Shown: positions 35,018 to 46,902 of the stretch, piece after piece | Layout of the letters: the number at the start of each line of letters is the position of its first letter | How positions within the stretch are numbered: position 1 is the first letter of the stretch | Assembly (NCBI GenBank): GCA_019828565.1 | Contig: JAHDYR010000050.1 | Location: 59,613 to 123,612, forward strand | Reading direction: 5' to 3' | DNA from: Carpediemonas membranifera BICM | Lineage: Eukaryota > Protista > Fornicata | DNA length: 64,000 nucleotides | The notes under the pieces: model-generated | Told to the model about the DNA's origin: nothing | Databases searched by the model: none | Seen by the model: the letters and a program-made list of their open reading frames with translations, nothing else | Translations under genes and position numbers: made by a program

Positions 35018-35179
35018 GCTGTTTTTTCTGGTACTTTAACCGGGACTTAAAGTCCCGGAATAAGTCCCGGAATACATGAAAAAAGGACGATTGCAAGAAA
35101 AAATGAACGCGCTCAAACAATTAAACTACAGCGTATTACGCCTTGCACTTGCACAAGGCATCGTTTAGACATCCGTACA

Positions 35180-35954
35180 ACATGCTGAAGACCTTCACTC
35201 GCGAAGTCAGTGGCATCGCACAAACTCTCGTCGAAAAACTGTCTCATGGTTCATCTAGGGTCGGGATAGACTGCCGTGCCTCCCCCACTGGTCCAGTATG
35301 CCGAGATAAAATTTCCTGGGTGCGTAAAGATGCGACTTTTGGGAATTGCTCCCAAAGAAGTTTGCTTTTGCTCGCCAACAAAGAAGGCCGAAAGCAAGTG
35401 AGAACATCTGTGTCACATAACAACCTTTGTTCTGCATCAAATAGCAGCAAGATTGCATACGGCATCGAGTATTCTCGAGAAAACACTCAAAACTTTGCCT
35501 GGCAAACGAAAAACGATCCTAAAAGCTAATTTACCTCCAATGTCTCCAAAAGTGAGCCGCATGATGTGTATTTCTATGATCTTTGTCTTTCACCTTCAGT
35601 TCTTCTTCAAATCATCCATACGCGGCATATCAAGCATTCCTCGTCGTTTGGTCAATTCTGGCAAATCAACAAAAGGTATCCATCGGCTCAGAAGAGGCTG
35701 TGGTGGTAGCCTCGGTCCCGCTTACACCCCCGTGCGTGCCTTGTGATGAAGAAAACTTGTGATATGGCCGGAATGCACTTTATGACAAACGAATGAAGCG
35801 GGCCGAGTTTATCGCCGAAATCAAGCAAATGCGCGTTAAGCTGAGTCACTTGACTGAAATTGATGACTATTACGCCATTGCCGACGACGTTACTAAGAAT
35901 TACCTGACAGTTGCCTCAAATTTCTTACTGAAAGCTGTTCTTCGCTCGCAATAG
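35180..35954 (+). pseudogene. Possible degraded gene of unknown function
   Basis: Protein-like segments in shifting frames, ending RMKRAEFIAEIKQMRVKLSHL...LRSQ*. Confidence 0.3.
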
Positions 35955-36003
35955 ACGTAATTGACTGTAGATTGGTGAAGATAGTGTAAACATAAAGAAC
36001 CCT

Positions 36004-38589
36004 TTATATACATACTCCGATTATCCATCTATCTATCTTCTCGGGCGAAGATTGTGCCCAGTCCTCCTCATCAGCTCCTCCGCTCGCTGCTCACTGTTGC
36101 ACAGATTGCAGATGCAGAGAGTCTCATCCAGACCACTGTCCGCCGTCCTTACACAAATCGTCTTGGCTGTCTCGTCAACAGTGATGAGTTCCCGGATCTC
36201 CTCCGGCTCCTCACAGATACCCTTGACCCATCCACTAAACAGCGCATTCAGCGACTGTTGGCTCGCCTCCTATCCCAGTTGGGTACCTTAGTTAATAGAC
36301 GATTTCTCCAGGCGGCACACCGGTCGGCATCAAATAGACACGAGCAGAATGTGACAGACTTACACTGCCTTGCAATCGGCAACACCATACCATGCTTTCT
36401 TGATGAGCCACGGCGGGTGTAGTGAGCAAGGACACGACCGACCATTGTCTTCTGAGCCAGGAAGCCGAGAACCCAAGATCGATGCTTGTCCACTCGCAAC
36501 TGGGCATTGATGAGGAAATCACGTTCGAAGTACTCCTCAAGCAAATAGAACATCGGAAGCCGCAGTTTCGAGTGAACCTTGGGCAGAACTGACACCACTG
36601 CATTCAGATATAGCGAGCCGGTAAACTTGGGAGAGTAAGTCAGTCTGAGACCATCATTGAGCGTCGTAGCAACCGAGGAGCGACTCGATGGAAGGTCATA
36701 GAACAACGTCAAGACATGGAACATGATGAACGTAGAAAAGGACGCCGCGTGATGGAAAGCGATTGTCTGGTGTGTCACGTGGTCAGAGGAGTAATACAAC
36801 GCCTGTAACTTGGCTGTAAGGAGTATGAAGGGCTGGAGTGACTGGTCAAACTCCTCAAGGTGCTCGTTGACTAGTGTCGCGAGCTTTCGTCTGTTCCAGC
36901 TCTGCTCGTTGCAGCCAGTTGTCCGCGTGAACAGCTTTTCAATCTGCTCAAGTGTGTGCACGTTCTGACCAGCGTGTTGAACCTTGACAAGGCCAAGCAG
37001 CGTCCAGAAGTCCTTCATAAGATAGTGACTCACATGCATGACAGGTGGAATGAACGTGACATCAGCGTACTTTGTGAGCACGTGAAGTGGGCCATCTATC
37101 TCGTTGGCATAGGTCAGACATCTCGGTGACCATCGCGGGACCCAAACCGTGTCATGTCTTTCACGCCACCAGCGTCACGAAGACGGATGCTATCTGCGAT
37201 TGTCCAGCGATCGCAACGATTGGCAAACGGGTCGCTTGCGACCTTTCCCATGTGTAGGGAGGAGAATGGAGAGCGGTAGTATCGTCCCCGCTTGACGCCA
37301 CTAACAATCTGCAACGCTTTGTGATCGCCGCAGATCCCGAGCAGGCTGATGACAACACGGCTGCGTGGGAGCAACGAACTGTCACCACATGCGAAGGGGA
37401 TACCAATGAGCTTGTTCATTAGCCGCTGTACATCATCAAAGAACGAAGGAATGAGCTTCTCTGTGCCCTGAAATGTAAGAAGCGTCATGGGTGGGGTAAT
37501 CTTCTGTGGTAGGGCTGCTCCCTCGCGATCAATTATGCGATATTTGACCGCCGTACAGTCGGCCCGATATCCATCAAACCATAGGAGCATCTCAAGACCA
37601 TAAGCCTCCTGTCGGCTCTCCGGGTTAATAGTGACGGATTGAACGAACTTGCTTGACTTGATATCGCGCTGAACTCGGTCGGGGAACTTCAGCATGAACT
37701 TAATCTGGGCGACAGGGTCATAGGACAGAGCGCTGATCACCATCCGGTGAGATTTCTTTGTTCCACGCGGAATGATGCCCATGTTCCGGCATAATCTCTG
37801 AATCTCCGGCAGCTTGGATGGATCATCATGCGAAATGTATAGCCGTGACTCCCCCGATATCTTCTCGAAGTGGTGAGCGAAGAGGCAGTCGTGTTCATCG
37901 AGAGTCTCTTGCAGGTCGGTGTGGGTGGTTGGGTCATATAGGACGTAAAAAGCCTCCGCGACTTCCACGCTACGCGTGAAACCGGCTCCTGCTTGACATT
38001 GAAGCTCTTGGTTAGACACCCCATCACGCCCAGAGACATCGGGCTGCTCAGGAGTGAACGCGTTGACGTCCTCGATCAGTGTTGGGTCTGATATAACAGA
38101 TCGTATGGCTGGGATGGACAGCAGGTCATACCCAAGATTCTGGAGACTGTCTACCACCGGTGGAGTGTGAATTCCAAGGCGAACTCCCATGTCGGAGGCC
38201 ATTGAAACAAATGCATGGCGGAGTCGGTCGTAGCGATTCTTCCCTAACTCGACGGCACAGATAATTGCCATGGCCGTGTATAGGCTCTTCGTCTTCGCCT
38301 CGTTGTCGACTCGCGTAACAGTCACATGAGCAGTGCTGTGATTCCTCATCAATGCGCTCCAATCAGCATTAACGACTGCACTACGTAACGTAGCATCACT
38401 ATGTGTCACCCTCAGTGGACATGACGTCAGGAAATCTCGGAGAATGCGCAAGCACTGCTCCTTGCTGTCTAAACGAAACGATTTGTCGCGGTTTCGGAGC
38501 AGAAACTCGTCTAAGACAGCGGTGATGATATATCCAAGAGAACTGTCCGCCCCATAGGTGATGACGACTTCCCAGTTCTCGAAACGCAT
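36004..38589 (-). pseudogene. DDE transposase, CMC (Chapaev/Transib/RAG1-like) type, two frameshifts
   Basis: LLWFDGY, GICGDHKALQIVSG, YRSPFS, PPVMH, YLNAVVSVLP-x14-EEYFER. C-terminal piece (LCICNLC) continues to the stop at 36004. Confidence 0.7.
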
Positions 38590-38734
38590 TGCTTCAATAG
38601 CAATAGGATAAATTTACAAAGTAAATACACAAATGTGCTGATGTAGGGCATGGTGGCGGATCTGGCGCTGGTGGCGGACGTGGAGACACTGGGGGTGCTC
38701 CACAACCACGTCCACTGCAAGGGTGACTCATGTA

Positions 38735-38993
38735 GAGTCGCCCGAAAAGCAGAAGCATGCGGACAACACAATAGAGGATGATTCAGAGATCGAGACAAGT
38801 GGTAAGAGGGTGAGGACTGAGTAAATGGATTGCAAATGAGTCTTTTTAATGTCTCACCACCTGTTTGGGCCTCAGCGCTGTCGTTCAGGCCAATCCACGT
38901 TTGTGGATCCGTGCAGTTTATGGCTTATCGACCGGACATCTCCTGAACTGAGCGCCAGGGGGCGGAGGTGGCGTTGGCGTGGGGCGTGGAGGC
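38735..38993. repeat. 259-bp inverted copy of 60281-60539 (also 62094-62352)
   Basis: Direct reverse-complement match read from the sequence. Confidence 0.92.
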
Positions 38994-38994
38994 A

Positions 38995-39778
38995 TCAGTG
39001 GCTTCTTCCAGCCAAGTGAACAAGTCTAGCATCGTATATCGCCAAGAGACGTTAAATGGTTACTAAAAGTTTATGTATATCGCCTGCGGCTTGTCAGAAC
39101 TCATACCGTGACTACCACCAGCCGTCATCACACCCCTAGCCCTACCCACACGTCCATTCTCTCCGATGCTGATTAAATCGTCCGGCCAGCGAGCCGGGGC
39201 CTTTCGCAAATTTAATATGGCCAAGAGACGTTATCTGCGGCTGAAAAGAGCCCCATATAACCCCCTATGAAGTTATACGGAGAAATCATCGCCGATTTTC
39301 ACGTTTCGGCGAGCTCCGGCCAAGGGGTCCAGGAGTCAGCTTTTGGGGGAAGGTCTGTGGTGCTATAACGTACCTCGGGACGCACTGTGGAGGCCCCTAG
39401 AGTGCTCGGTCATGGCATGTCAGACCAAGGGTCCCTCAAATCTGGCCCCATTCAGGATGCACCCCCTAAATGTTCCGTTGCAAGCGTCTGACGGGCGTTC
39501 TCTGGATACCGACCAAGATGGAGGTCACGTGGATCAACGGACGATAATTACGGTATTCTGGCCATGCCTGGTACTCTCAAATCATCTATACTGCTCAGTG
39601 CTCCATTTATAGTTCATATCGTTTCGTCCTGATGGACTTATGGTACTTGATGTTGTTTAGGGATAATTGTTGCTTTAATGATGCTCTGCGCCCGCATACT
39701 GATGTTTCTTAGTGTTGTGCACATGCCTACTACGTTAAAGCCGCCAGTATTCTTTCTATTCTTAAGATCCTCATTTCA
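38995..39778. repeat. 784-bp direct copy of 55940-56723 (OTU gene start and upstream region)
   Basis: Near-identical sequence with scattered substitutions in the distal part. Confidence 0.95.
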
Positions 39779-41970
39779 TTTTTTTGACGACGCGTCGAGA
39801 CAATTCATGCGTGCGCAGGGTACTAACAGGCTCAAACAACAGCTCTGTCTGAGTAGACGCCTCCTCTAGGTCTCGCACAGTCTGAGTCTCTGCATGCTCA
39901 CCCTGCGGCGAAAACTGCTGGCATTTTCCCACCATCCTCGGCTTATCAGGATCAGGACCCAGCGCAGTCATGTAAACAGGTACCTCAACCCGCTTCTCGA
40001 CTATCCTGACAGGCTGGGAGTCCCTGCGGGAAGGGGCTTGCGGGTGAACTCGCGTCCTGGTCGGCCCCCCGTTCGCCTCGTTGTGCAGAGCCTCCATGAA
40101 GGCATTGAAGCCGTCATCACGGCCCACCTTCTGCGTCACAAACGACATGACGCATGTGACCGACATCTCAAAGGATGCAAAATCGTCAGCACTGGAAACA
40201 TCGCGATTGTGGCAGATTGAGTTTCGAGCTGCCAACAGCTCGCGTATATGTCTCTTATCAGCGTGGTGAAGATCAGGAACACGATGTAGGATCGCTTGCA
40301 AAAGCATAGCCGGATCCATCTCGCCACCGTCACCACGGTACCTCGCGATGTACTCCTGCAGCTTCGGAATCATCCTCAGTAGCGCTTCAAACATCATGCT
40401 GGCGTATCCTGCTGAATCCTTCACCCCAGAGCTCATATCGGTTTCTTCAGAACGAAATTCTAAAGAAATGTTCGGTGGTAAGTGAGATCACTGCGCATCT
40501 AGAGACAGCAGAAACGTAACCTACAGCCCATATTGATGTGGGCTGGTCTTATCCGGATGTCCAAGGACCTTGATTCGCTCTGGGGTAGTCCCCCCATGAC
40601 CGTCAGGCACGCGAACCGCATCCTGCACGAAGCGGGGATGCAGAGTCTGAAAAAGACCCATCTCTCTGTCCGATCTGGATACCCCCTGACGATAGATGGA
40701 ATGAATGAAGCTGTAAACATATCCATTGACTCTGAATCTTTTATTTCTCCATCTGCGAGTTAAGCCAGGCCACTGCCTTTCCCGTCAGATATACCTTACG
40801 CGTGTCGTGCACCTTCTTTGTTGCTCTTGCGGCTGAAGCATCAACAGTGGCCTGCTTCAACAAATCTCGGCAGCTAGACTTCGGCGTCTTGGTGCCACGC
40901 CGCGTGCAGGCCCACTCTCTATCGTCCACGGACTCACCACACACAACGCATGACCCTGCGAATACGGTCGGTGGCTTCTCCTTCAGCTTCTGTCGAAGCA
41001 GATCGCACATCGCGGTCTTGACGACGCGTCGAGACAATTCATGCGTGCGCAGGCTACTAACAGGCTCAAACAACAGCTCTGTCTGAGTAGACGCCTCCTC
41101 TAGGTCTCGCACAGTCTGAGTCTCTGCATGCTCACCCTGCGGCGAAAACTGCTGGCATTTTCCCACCATCCTCGGCTTATCAGGATCAGGACCCAGCGCA
41201 GTCATGTAAACAGGTACCTCAACCCGCTTCTCGACTATCCTGACAGGCTGGGAGTCCCTGCGGGAAGGGGCTTGCGGGTGAACTCGCGTCCTGGTCGGCC
41301 CCCGTTCGCCTCGTTGTGCAGAGCCTCCATGAAGGCATTGAAGCCGTCATCACGGCCCACCTTCTGCGTCACAAACGACATGACGCATGTGACCGACATC
41401 TCAAAGGATGCAAAATCGTCAGCACTGGAAACATCGCGATTGTGGCAGATTGAGTTTCGAGCTGCCAACAGCTCGCGTATATGTCTCTTATCAGCGTGGT
41501 GAAGATCAGGAACACGATGTAGGATCGCTTGCAAAAGCATAGCCGGATCCATCTCGCCACCGTCACCACGGTACCTCGCGATGTACTCCTGCAGCTTCGG
41601 AATCATCCTCAGTAGCGCTTCAAACATCATGCTGGCGTATCCTGCTGAATCCTTCGCCCCAGAGCTCATATCGGTTTCTTCAGAACGAAATTCTAAAGAA
41701 ATGTTCGGTGGTAAGTGAGATCACTGCGCATCTAGAGACAGCAGAAACGTAACCTACAGCCCATATTGATGTGGGCTGGTCTTATCCGGATGTCCAAGGA
41801 CCTTGATTCGCTCTGGGGTAGTCCCCCATGACCGTCAGGCACGCGAACCGCATCCTGCACGAAGCGGGGATGCAGAGTCTGAAAAGACCCATCTCTCTGT
41901 CCGATCTGGATACCCCTGACGATAGATGGAATGAATGAAGCTGTAAACATATCCATTGACTCTGAATCTT

Positions 41971-42900
41971 TTATTTCTCCATCTGCGAGTTAAGCCAGGC
42001 CACTGCCTTTCCCGTCAGATATACCTTACGCGTGTCGTGCACCTTCTTTGTTGCTCTTGCGGCTGAAGCATCAACAGTGGCCTGCTTCAACAAATCTCGG
42101 CAGCTAGACTTCGGCGTCTTGGTGCCACGCCGCGTGCAGGCCCACTCTCTATCGTCCACGGACTCACCACACACAACGCATGACCCTGCGAATACGGTCG
42201 GTGGCTTCTCCTTCAGCTTCTGTCGAAGCAGATCGCACATCGCGGTCTTGACGACGCGTCGAGACAATTCATGCGTGCGCAGGCTACTAACAGGCTCAAA
42301 CAACAGCTCTGTCTGAGTAGACGCCTCCTCTAGGTCTCGCACAGTCTGAGTCTCTGCATGCTCACCCTGCGGCGAAAACTGCTGGCATTTTCCCACCATC
42401 CTCGGCTTATCAGGATCAGGACCCAGCGCAGTCATGTAAACAGGTACCTCAACCCGCTTCTCGACTATCCTGACAGGCTGGGAGTCCCTGCGGGAAGGGG
42501 CTTGCGGGTGAACTCGCGTCCTGGTCGGCCCCCCGTTCGCCTCGTTGTGCAGAGCCTCCATGAAGGCATTGAAGCCGTCATCACGGCCCACCTTCTGCGT
42601 CACAAACGACATGACGCATGTGACCGACATCTCAAAGGATGCAAAATCGTCAGCACTGGAAACATCGCGATTGTGGCAGATTGAGTTTCGAGCTGCCAAC
42701 AGCTCGCGTATATGTCTCTTATCAGCGTGGTGAAGATCAGGAACACGATGTAGGATCGCTTGCAAAAGCATAGCCGGATCCATCTCGCCACCGTCACCAC
42801 GGTACCTCGCGATGTACTCCTGCAGCTTCGGAATCATCCTCAGTAGCGCTTCAAACATCATGCTGGCGTATCCTGCTGAATCCTTCGCCCCAGAGCTCAT
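41971..42900 (-). CDS. Swt1-like HEPN RNase-domain protein with TQT motifs and C-terminal Cys cluster (RxxxxH intact)
   Basis: MDPAMLLQAI...ELLAARNSICH; AETQT, ASTQT; CVVC..C..C. Confidence 0.75.
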   Translation of the reverse strand: MSSGAKDSAGYASMMFEALLRMIPKLQEYIARYRGDGGEMDPAMLLQAILHRVPDLHHADKRHIRELLAARNSICHNRDVSSADDFASFEMSVTCVMSFVTQKVGRDDGFNAFMEALHNEANGGPTRTRVHPQAPSRRDSQPVRIVEKRVEVPVYMTALGPDPDKPRMVGKCQQFSPQGEHAETQTVRDLEEASTQTELLFEPVSSLRTHELSRRVVKTAMCDLLRQKLKEKPPTVFAGSCVVCGESVDDREWACTRRGTKTPKSSCRDLLKQATVDASAARATKKVHDTRKVYLTGKAVAWLNSQMEK

Positions 42901-43203
42901 ATCGGTTTCTTCAGAACGAAATTCTAAAGAAATGTTCGGTGGTAAGTGAGATCACTGCGCATCTAGAGACAGCAGAAACGTAACCTACAGCCCATATTGA
43001 TGTGGGCTGGTCTTATCCGGATGTCCAAGGACCTTGATTCGCTCTGGGGTAGTCCCCCCATGACCGTCAGGCACGCGAACCGCATCCTGCACGAAGCGGG
43101 GATGCAGAGTCTGAAAAAGACCCATCTCTCTGTCCGATCTGGATACCCCTGACGATAGATGGAATGAATGAAGCTGTAAACATATCCATTGACTCTGAAT
43201 CTT

Positions 43204-44133
43204 TTATTTCTCCATCTGCGAGTTAAGCCAGGCCACTGCCTTTCCCGTCAGATATACCTTACGCGTGTCGTGCACCTTCTTTGTTGCTCTTGCGGCTGAA
43301 GCATCAACAGTGGCCTGCTTCAACAAATCTCGGCAGCTAGACTTCGGCGTCTTGGTGCCACGCCGCGTGCAGGCCCACTCTCTATCGTCCACGGACTCAC
43401 CACACACAACGCATGACCCTGCGAATACGGTCGGTGGCTTCTCCTTCAGCTTCTGTCGAAGCAGATCGCACATCGCGGTCTTGACGACGCGTCGAGACAA
43501 TTCATGCGTGCGCAGGGTACTAACAGGCTCAAACAACAGCTCTGTCTGAGTAGACGCCTCCTCTAGGTCTCGCACAGTCTGAGTCTCTGCATGCTCACCC
43601 TGTGGCGAAAACTGCTGGCATTTTCCCACCATCCTCGGCTTATCAGGATCAGGACCCAGCGCAGTCATGTAAACAGGTACCTCAACCCGCTTCTCGACTA
43701 TCCTGACAGGCTGGGAGTCCCTGCGGGAAGGGGCTTGCGGGTGAACTCGCGTCCTGGTCGGCCCCCCGTTCGCCTCGTTGTGCAGAGCCTCCATGAAGGC
43801 ATTGAAGCCGTCATCACGGCCCACCTTCTGCGTCACAAACGACATGACGCATGTGACCGACATCTCAAAGGATGCAAAATCGTCAGCACTGGAAACATCG
43901 CGATTGTGGCAGATTGAGTTTTGAGCTGCCAACAGCTCGCGTATATGTCTCTTATCAGCGTGGTGAAGATCAGGAACACGATGTAGGATCGCTTGCAAAA
44001 GCATAGCCGGATCCATCTCGCCACCGTCACCACGGTACCTCGCGATGTACTCCTGCAGCTTCGGAATCATCCTCAGTAGCGCTTCAAACATCATGCTGGC
44101 GTATCCTGCTGAATCCTTCGCCCCAGAGCTCAT
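43204..44133 (-). CDS. HEPN protein copy, R->Q variant
   Basis: AQNSICH (C>T at 43922). Confidence 0.75.
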   Translation of the reverse strand: MSSGAKDSAGYASMMFEALLRMIPKLQEYIARYRGDGGEMDPAMLLQAILHRVPDLHHADKRHIRELLAAQNSICHNRDVSSADDFASFEMSVTCVMSFVTQKVGRDDGFNAFMEALHNEANGGPTRTRVHPQAPSRRDSQPVRIVEKRVEVPVYMTALGPDPDKPRMVGKCQQFSPQGEHAETQTVRDLEEASTQTELLFEPVSTLRTHELSRRVVKTAMCDLLRQKLKEKPPTVFAGSCVVCGESVDDREWACTRRGTKTPKSSCRDLLKQATVDASAARATKKVHDTRKVYLTGKAVAWLNSQMEK

Positions 44134-44437
44134 ATCGGTTTCTTCAGAACGAAATTCTAAAAGAAATGTTCGGTGGTAAGTGAGATCACTGCGCATCTAG
44201 AGACAGCAGAAACGTAACCTACAGCCCATATTGATGTGGGCTGGTCTTATCCGGATGTCCAAGGACCTTGATTCGCTCTGGGGTAGTCCCCCCATGACCG
44301 TCAGGCACGCGAACCGCATCCTGCACGAAGCGGGGATGCAGAGTCTGAAAAAGACCCATCTCTCTGTCCGATCTGGATACCCCTGACGATAGATGGAATG
44401 AATGAAGCTGTAAACATATCCATTGACTCTGAATCTT

Positions 44438-45367
44438 TTATTTCTCCATCTGCGAGTTAAGCCAGGCCACTGCCTTTCCCGTCAGATATACCTTACGCGT
44501 GTCGTGCACCTTCTTTGTTGCTCTTGCGGCTGAAGCATCAACAGTGGCCTGCTTCAACAAATCTCGGCAGCTAGACTTCGGCGTCTTGGTGCCACGCCGC
44601 GTGCAGGCCCACTCTCTATCGTCCACGGACTCACCACACACAACGCATGACCCTGCGAATACGGTCGGTGGCTTCTCCTTCAGCTTCTGTCGAAGCAGAT
44701 CGCACATCGCGGTCTTGACGACGCGTCGAGACAATTCATGCGTGCGCAGGGTACTAACAGGCTCAAACAACAGCTCTGTCTGAGTAGACGCCTCCTCTAG
44801 GTCTCGCACAGTCTGAGTCTCTGCATGCTCACCCTGTGGCGAAAACTGCTGGCATTTTCCCACCATCCTCGGCTTATCAGGATCAGGACCCAGCGCAGTC
44901 ATGTAAACAGGTACCTCAACCCGCTTCTCGACTATCCTGACAGGCTGGGAGTCCCTGCGGGAAGGGGCTTGCGGGTGAACTCGCGTCCTGGTCGGCCCCC
45001 CGTTCGCCTCGTTGTGCAGAGCCTCCATGAAGGCATTGAAGCCGTCATCACGGCCCACCTTCTGCGTCACAAACGACATGACGCATGTGACCGACATCTC
45101 AAAGGATGCAAAATCGTCAGCACTGGAAACATCGCGATTGTGGCAGATTGAGTTTTGAGCTGCCAACAGCTCGCGTATATGTCTCTTATCAGCGTGGTGA
45201 AGATCAGGAACACGATGTAGGATCGCTTGCAAAAGCATAGCCGGATCCATCTCGCCACCGTCACCACGGTACCTCGCGATGTACTCCTGCAGCTTCGGAA
45301 TCATCCTCAGTAGCGCTTCAAACATCATGCTGGCGTATCCTGCTGAATCCTTCGCCCCAGAGCTCAT
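44438..45367 (-). CDS. HEPN protein copy, R->Q variant
   Basis: AQNSICH (C>T at 45156). Confidence 0.75.
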   Translation of the reverse strand: MSSGAKDSAGYASMMFEALLRMIPKLQEYIARYRGDGGEMDPAMLLQAILHRVPDLHHADKRHIRELLAAQNSICHNRDVSSADDFASFEMSVTCVMSFVTQKVGRDDGFNAFMEALHNEANGGPTRTRVHPQAPSRRDSQPVRIVEKRVEVPVYMTALGPDPDKPRMVGKCQQFSPQGEHAETQTVRDLEEASTQTELLFEPVSTLRTHELSRRVVKTAMCDLLRQKLKEKPPTVFAGSCVVCGESVDDREWACTRRGTKTPKSSCRDLLKQATVDASAARATKKVHDTRKVYLTGKAVAWLNSQMEK

Positions 45368-46902
45368 ATCGGTTTCTTCAGAACGAAATTCTAAAGAAAT
45401 GTTCGGTGGTAAGTGAGATCACTGCGCATCTAGAGACAGCAGAAACGTAACCTACAGCCCATATTGATGTGGGCTGGTCTTATCCGGATGTCCAAGGACC
45501 TTGATTCGCTCTGGGGTAGTCCCCCCATGACCGTCAGGCACGCGAACCGCATCCTGCACGAAGCGGGGATGCAGAGTCTGAAAAGACCCATCTCTCTGTC
45601 CGATCTGGATACCCCTGACGATAGATGGAATGAATGAAGCTGTAAACATATCCATTGACTCTGAATCTTTTATTTCTCCATCTGCGAGTTAAGCCAGGCC
45701 ACTGCCTTTCCCGTCAGATATACCTTACGCGTGTCGTGCACCTTCTTTGTTGCTCTTGCGGCTGAAGCATCAACAGTGGCCTGCTTCAACAAATCTCGGC
45801 AGCTAGACTTCGGCGTCTTGGTGCCACGCCGCGTGCAGGCCCACTCTCTATCGTCCACGGACTCACCACACACAACGCATGACCCTGCGAATACGGTCGG
45901 TGGCTTTCTCCTTCAGCTTCTGTCGAAGCAGATCGCACATCGCGGTCTTGACGACGCGTCGAGACAATTCATGCGTGCGCAGGGTACTAACAGGCTCAAA
46001 CAACAGCTCTGTCTGAGTAGACGCCTCCTCTAGGTCTCGCACAGTCTGAGTCTCTGCATGCTCACCCTGTGGCGAAAACTGCTGGCATTTTCCCACCATC
46101 CTCGGCTTATCAGGATCAGGACCCAGCGCAGTCATGTAAACAGGCACCTCAACCCGCTTCTCGACTATCTTGACAGGCTGGGAGCCCCTGCGGGAAGGGG
46201 CTTGCGGGTGAACTCGCGTCCTGGTCGGCCCCCCGTTCGCCTCGTTGTGCAGAGCCTCCATGAAGGCATTGAAGCCGTCATCACGGCCCACCTTCTGCGT
46301 CACAAACGACATGACGCATGTGACCGACATCTCAAAGGATGCAAAATCGTCAGCACTGGAAACATCGCGATTGTGGCAGATTGAGTTTCGAGCTGCCAAC
46401 AGCTCGCGTATATGTCTCTTATCAGCGTGGTGAAGATCAGGAACACGATGTAGGATCGCTTGCAAAAGCATAGCCGGATCCATCTCGCCACCGTCACCAC
46501 GGTACCTCGCGATGTACTCCTGCAGCTTCGGAATCATCCTCAGTAGCGCTTCAAACATCATGCTGGCGTATCCTGCTGAATCCTTCGCCCCAGAGCTCAT
46601 ATCGGTTTCTTCAGAACGAAATTCTAAAGAAATGTTCGGTGGTAAGTGAGATCACTGCGCATCTAGAGACAGCAGAAACGTAACCTACAGCCCATATTGA
46701 TGTGGGCTGGTCTTATCCGGATGTCCAAGGACCTTGATTCGCTCTGGGGTAGTCCCCCCATGACCGTCAGGCACGCGAACCGCATCCTGCACGAAGCGGG
46801 GATGCAGAGTCTGAAAAGACCCATCTCTCTGTCCGATCTGGATACCCCTGACGATAGATGGAATGAATGAAGCTGTAAACATATCCATTGACTCTGAATC
46901 TT

